A stretch of DNA of 62,968 bases, filler included, from Chiloscyllium plagiosum (lineage: Eukaryota): NCBI RefSeq assembly GCF_004010195.1. It is 4 parts of one record of this genome, joined end to end, with 100 filler letters (N's around TTAATTAATTAA, not from the genome) between each part and the next. Parts side by side here need not be neighbours in the genome. Positions count along the whole stretch, not along the records: positions 49,047 to 62,968 come from NC_057715.1; 3 more parts are not named here. The stretch is one strand, 5' to 3'. Below the pieces are notes generated by a model, which was not told the DNA's origin, made no database searches, and was given only the letters and a program-made list of their open reading frames with translations. Numbering within the stretch: the first letter of the stretch is position 1; each line of letters starts with the position of its first letter. Both the position numbers and the translations under genes were made by a program. Shown piece after piece: positions 62,641 to 62,968 of this stretch.

Positions 62641-62968
62641 TAGAACATAGAAGAATACAGCGCAGTACAGGCCCTTTGGCCCTCGATGTTGCGCCGATCC
62701 AAGCCCACCTAACCTATACTAACCCACTATCCTCCATATACCTATCCAATGCCCGCTTAAATGCCCATAAAGAGGGAGAGTCCACCACTGCTACTGGCAG
62801 GGCATTCCATGAACTTACGACTCGCTGAGTGAAGAACCTACCCCTAACTTCAGTCCTATATCTACCCCCCCTTAATTTAAAGCTATGCCCTCTTGTAATA
62901 CCCGACTCCATACGCGGGAAAAGGTTCACACTGTCAACCCTATATAACCCCCTAATCATCTTGTACAC
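62641..62968 (-). mobile_element. Young CR1 3' end
   Basis: ORF 62714-62968 RVDSVNLFPRMESGITRGHSFKLRGGRYRTEVRGRFFTQRVV; tagaacatagaa tail. Confidence 0.92.

Overview
This is repeat-rich, AT-rich vertebrate genomic DNA. The HE1-type SINEs and CR1/HER1-type LINEs point to a cartilaginous fish (shark); this is inferred from repeat families only. Three host genes can be read. (1) A CpG-island first coding exon on the minus strand at 4324-4416, probably RNF121, running off the left edge. (2) The last two coding exons of SPCS2 on the minus strand (25495-25629 and 24877-25063); the upstream one has a U12-type AC acceptor, and the 5' SPCS2 exons are not visible and probably lie in the gap at 30233-30332. 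(3) Five in-phase coding exons of XRRA1 on the plus strand (37688-60909), divergent from SPCS2 as in mammals. Between SPCS2 and XRRA1 lies an orphan exon-like C2H2/BED-type zinc-finger ORF (33694-33981, minus) that could be a transposon-derived 5' exon of the SPCS2 transcript. Most of the rest is mobile DNA: CR1, L2, Rex1/Babar and Tx1 LINEs, two related Gypsy copies, a Gmr1-like LTR element, many SINEs, and many Penelope-like elements (PLEs). The PLEs carry minimal hammerhead ribozymes of three sequence types. Six occur as short fold-back insertions with 11-14 bp target-site duplications, and one contains about 14 copies of a 73-bp tandem unit from its GIY-YIG region. Gene identities rest on my recollection of human protein sequences, not on a database search. 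Repeat boundaries are approximate.
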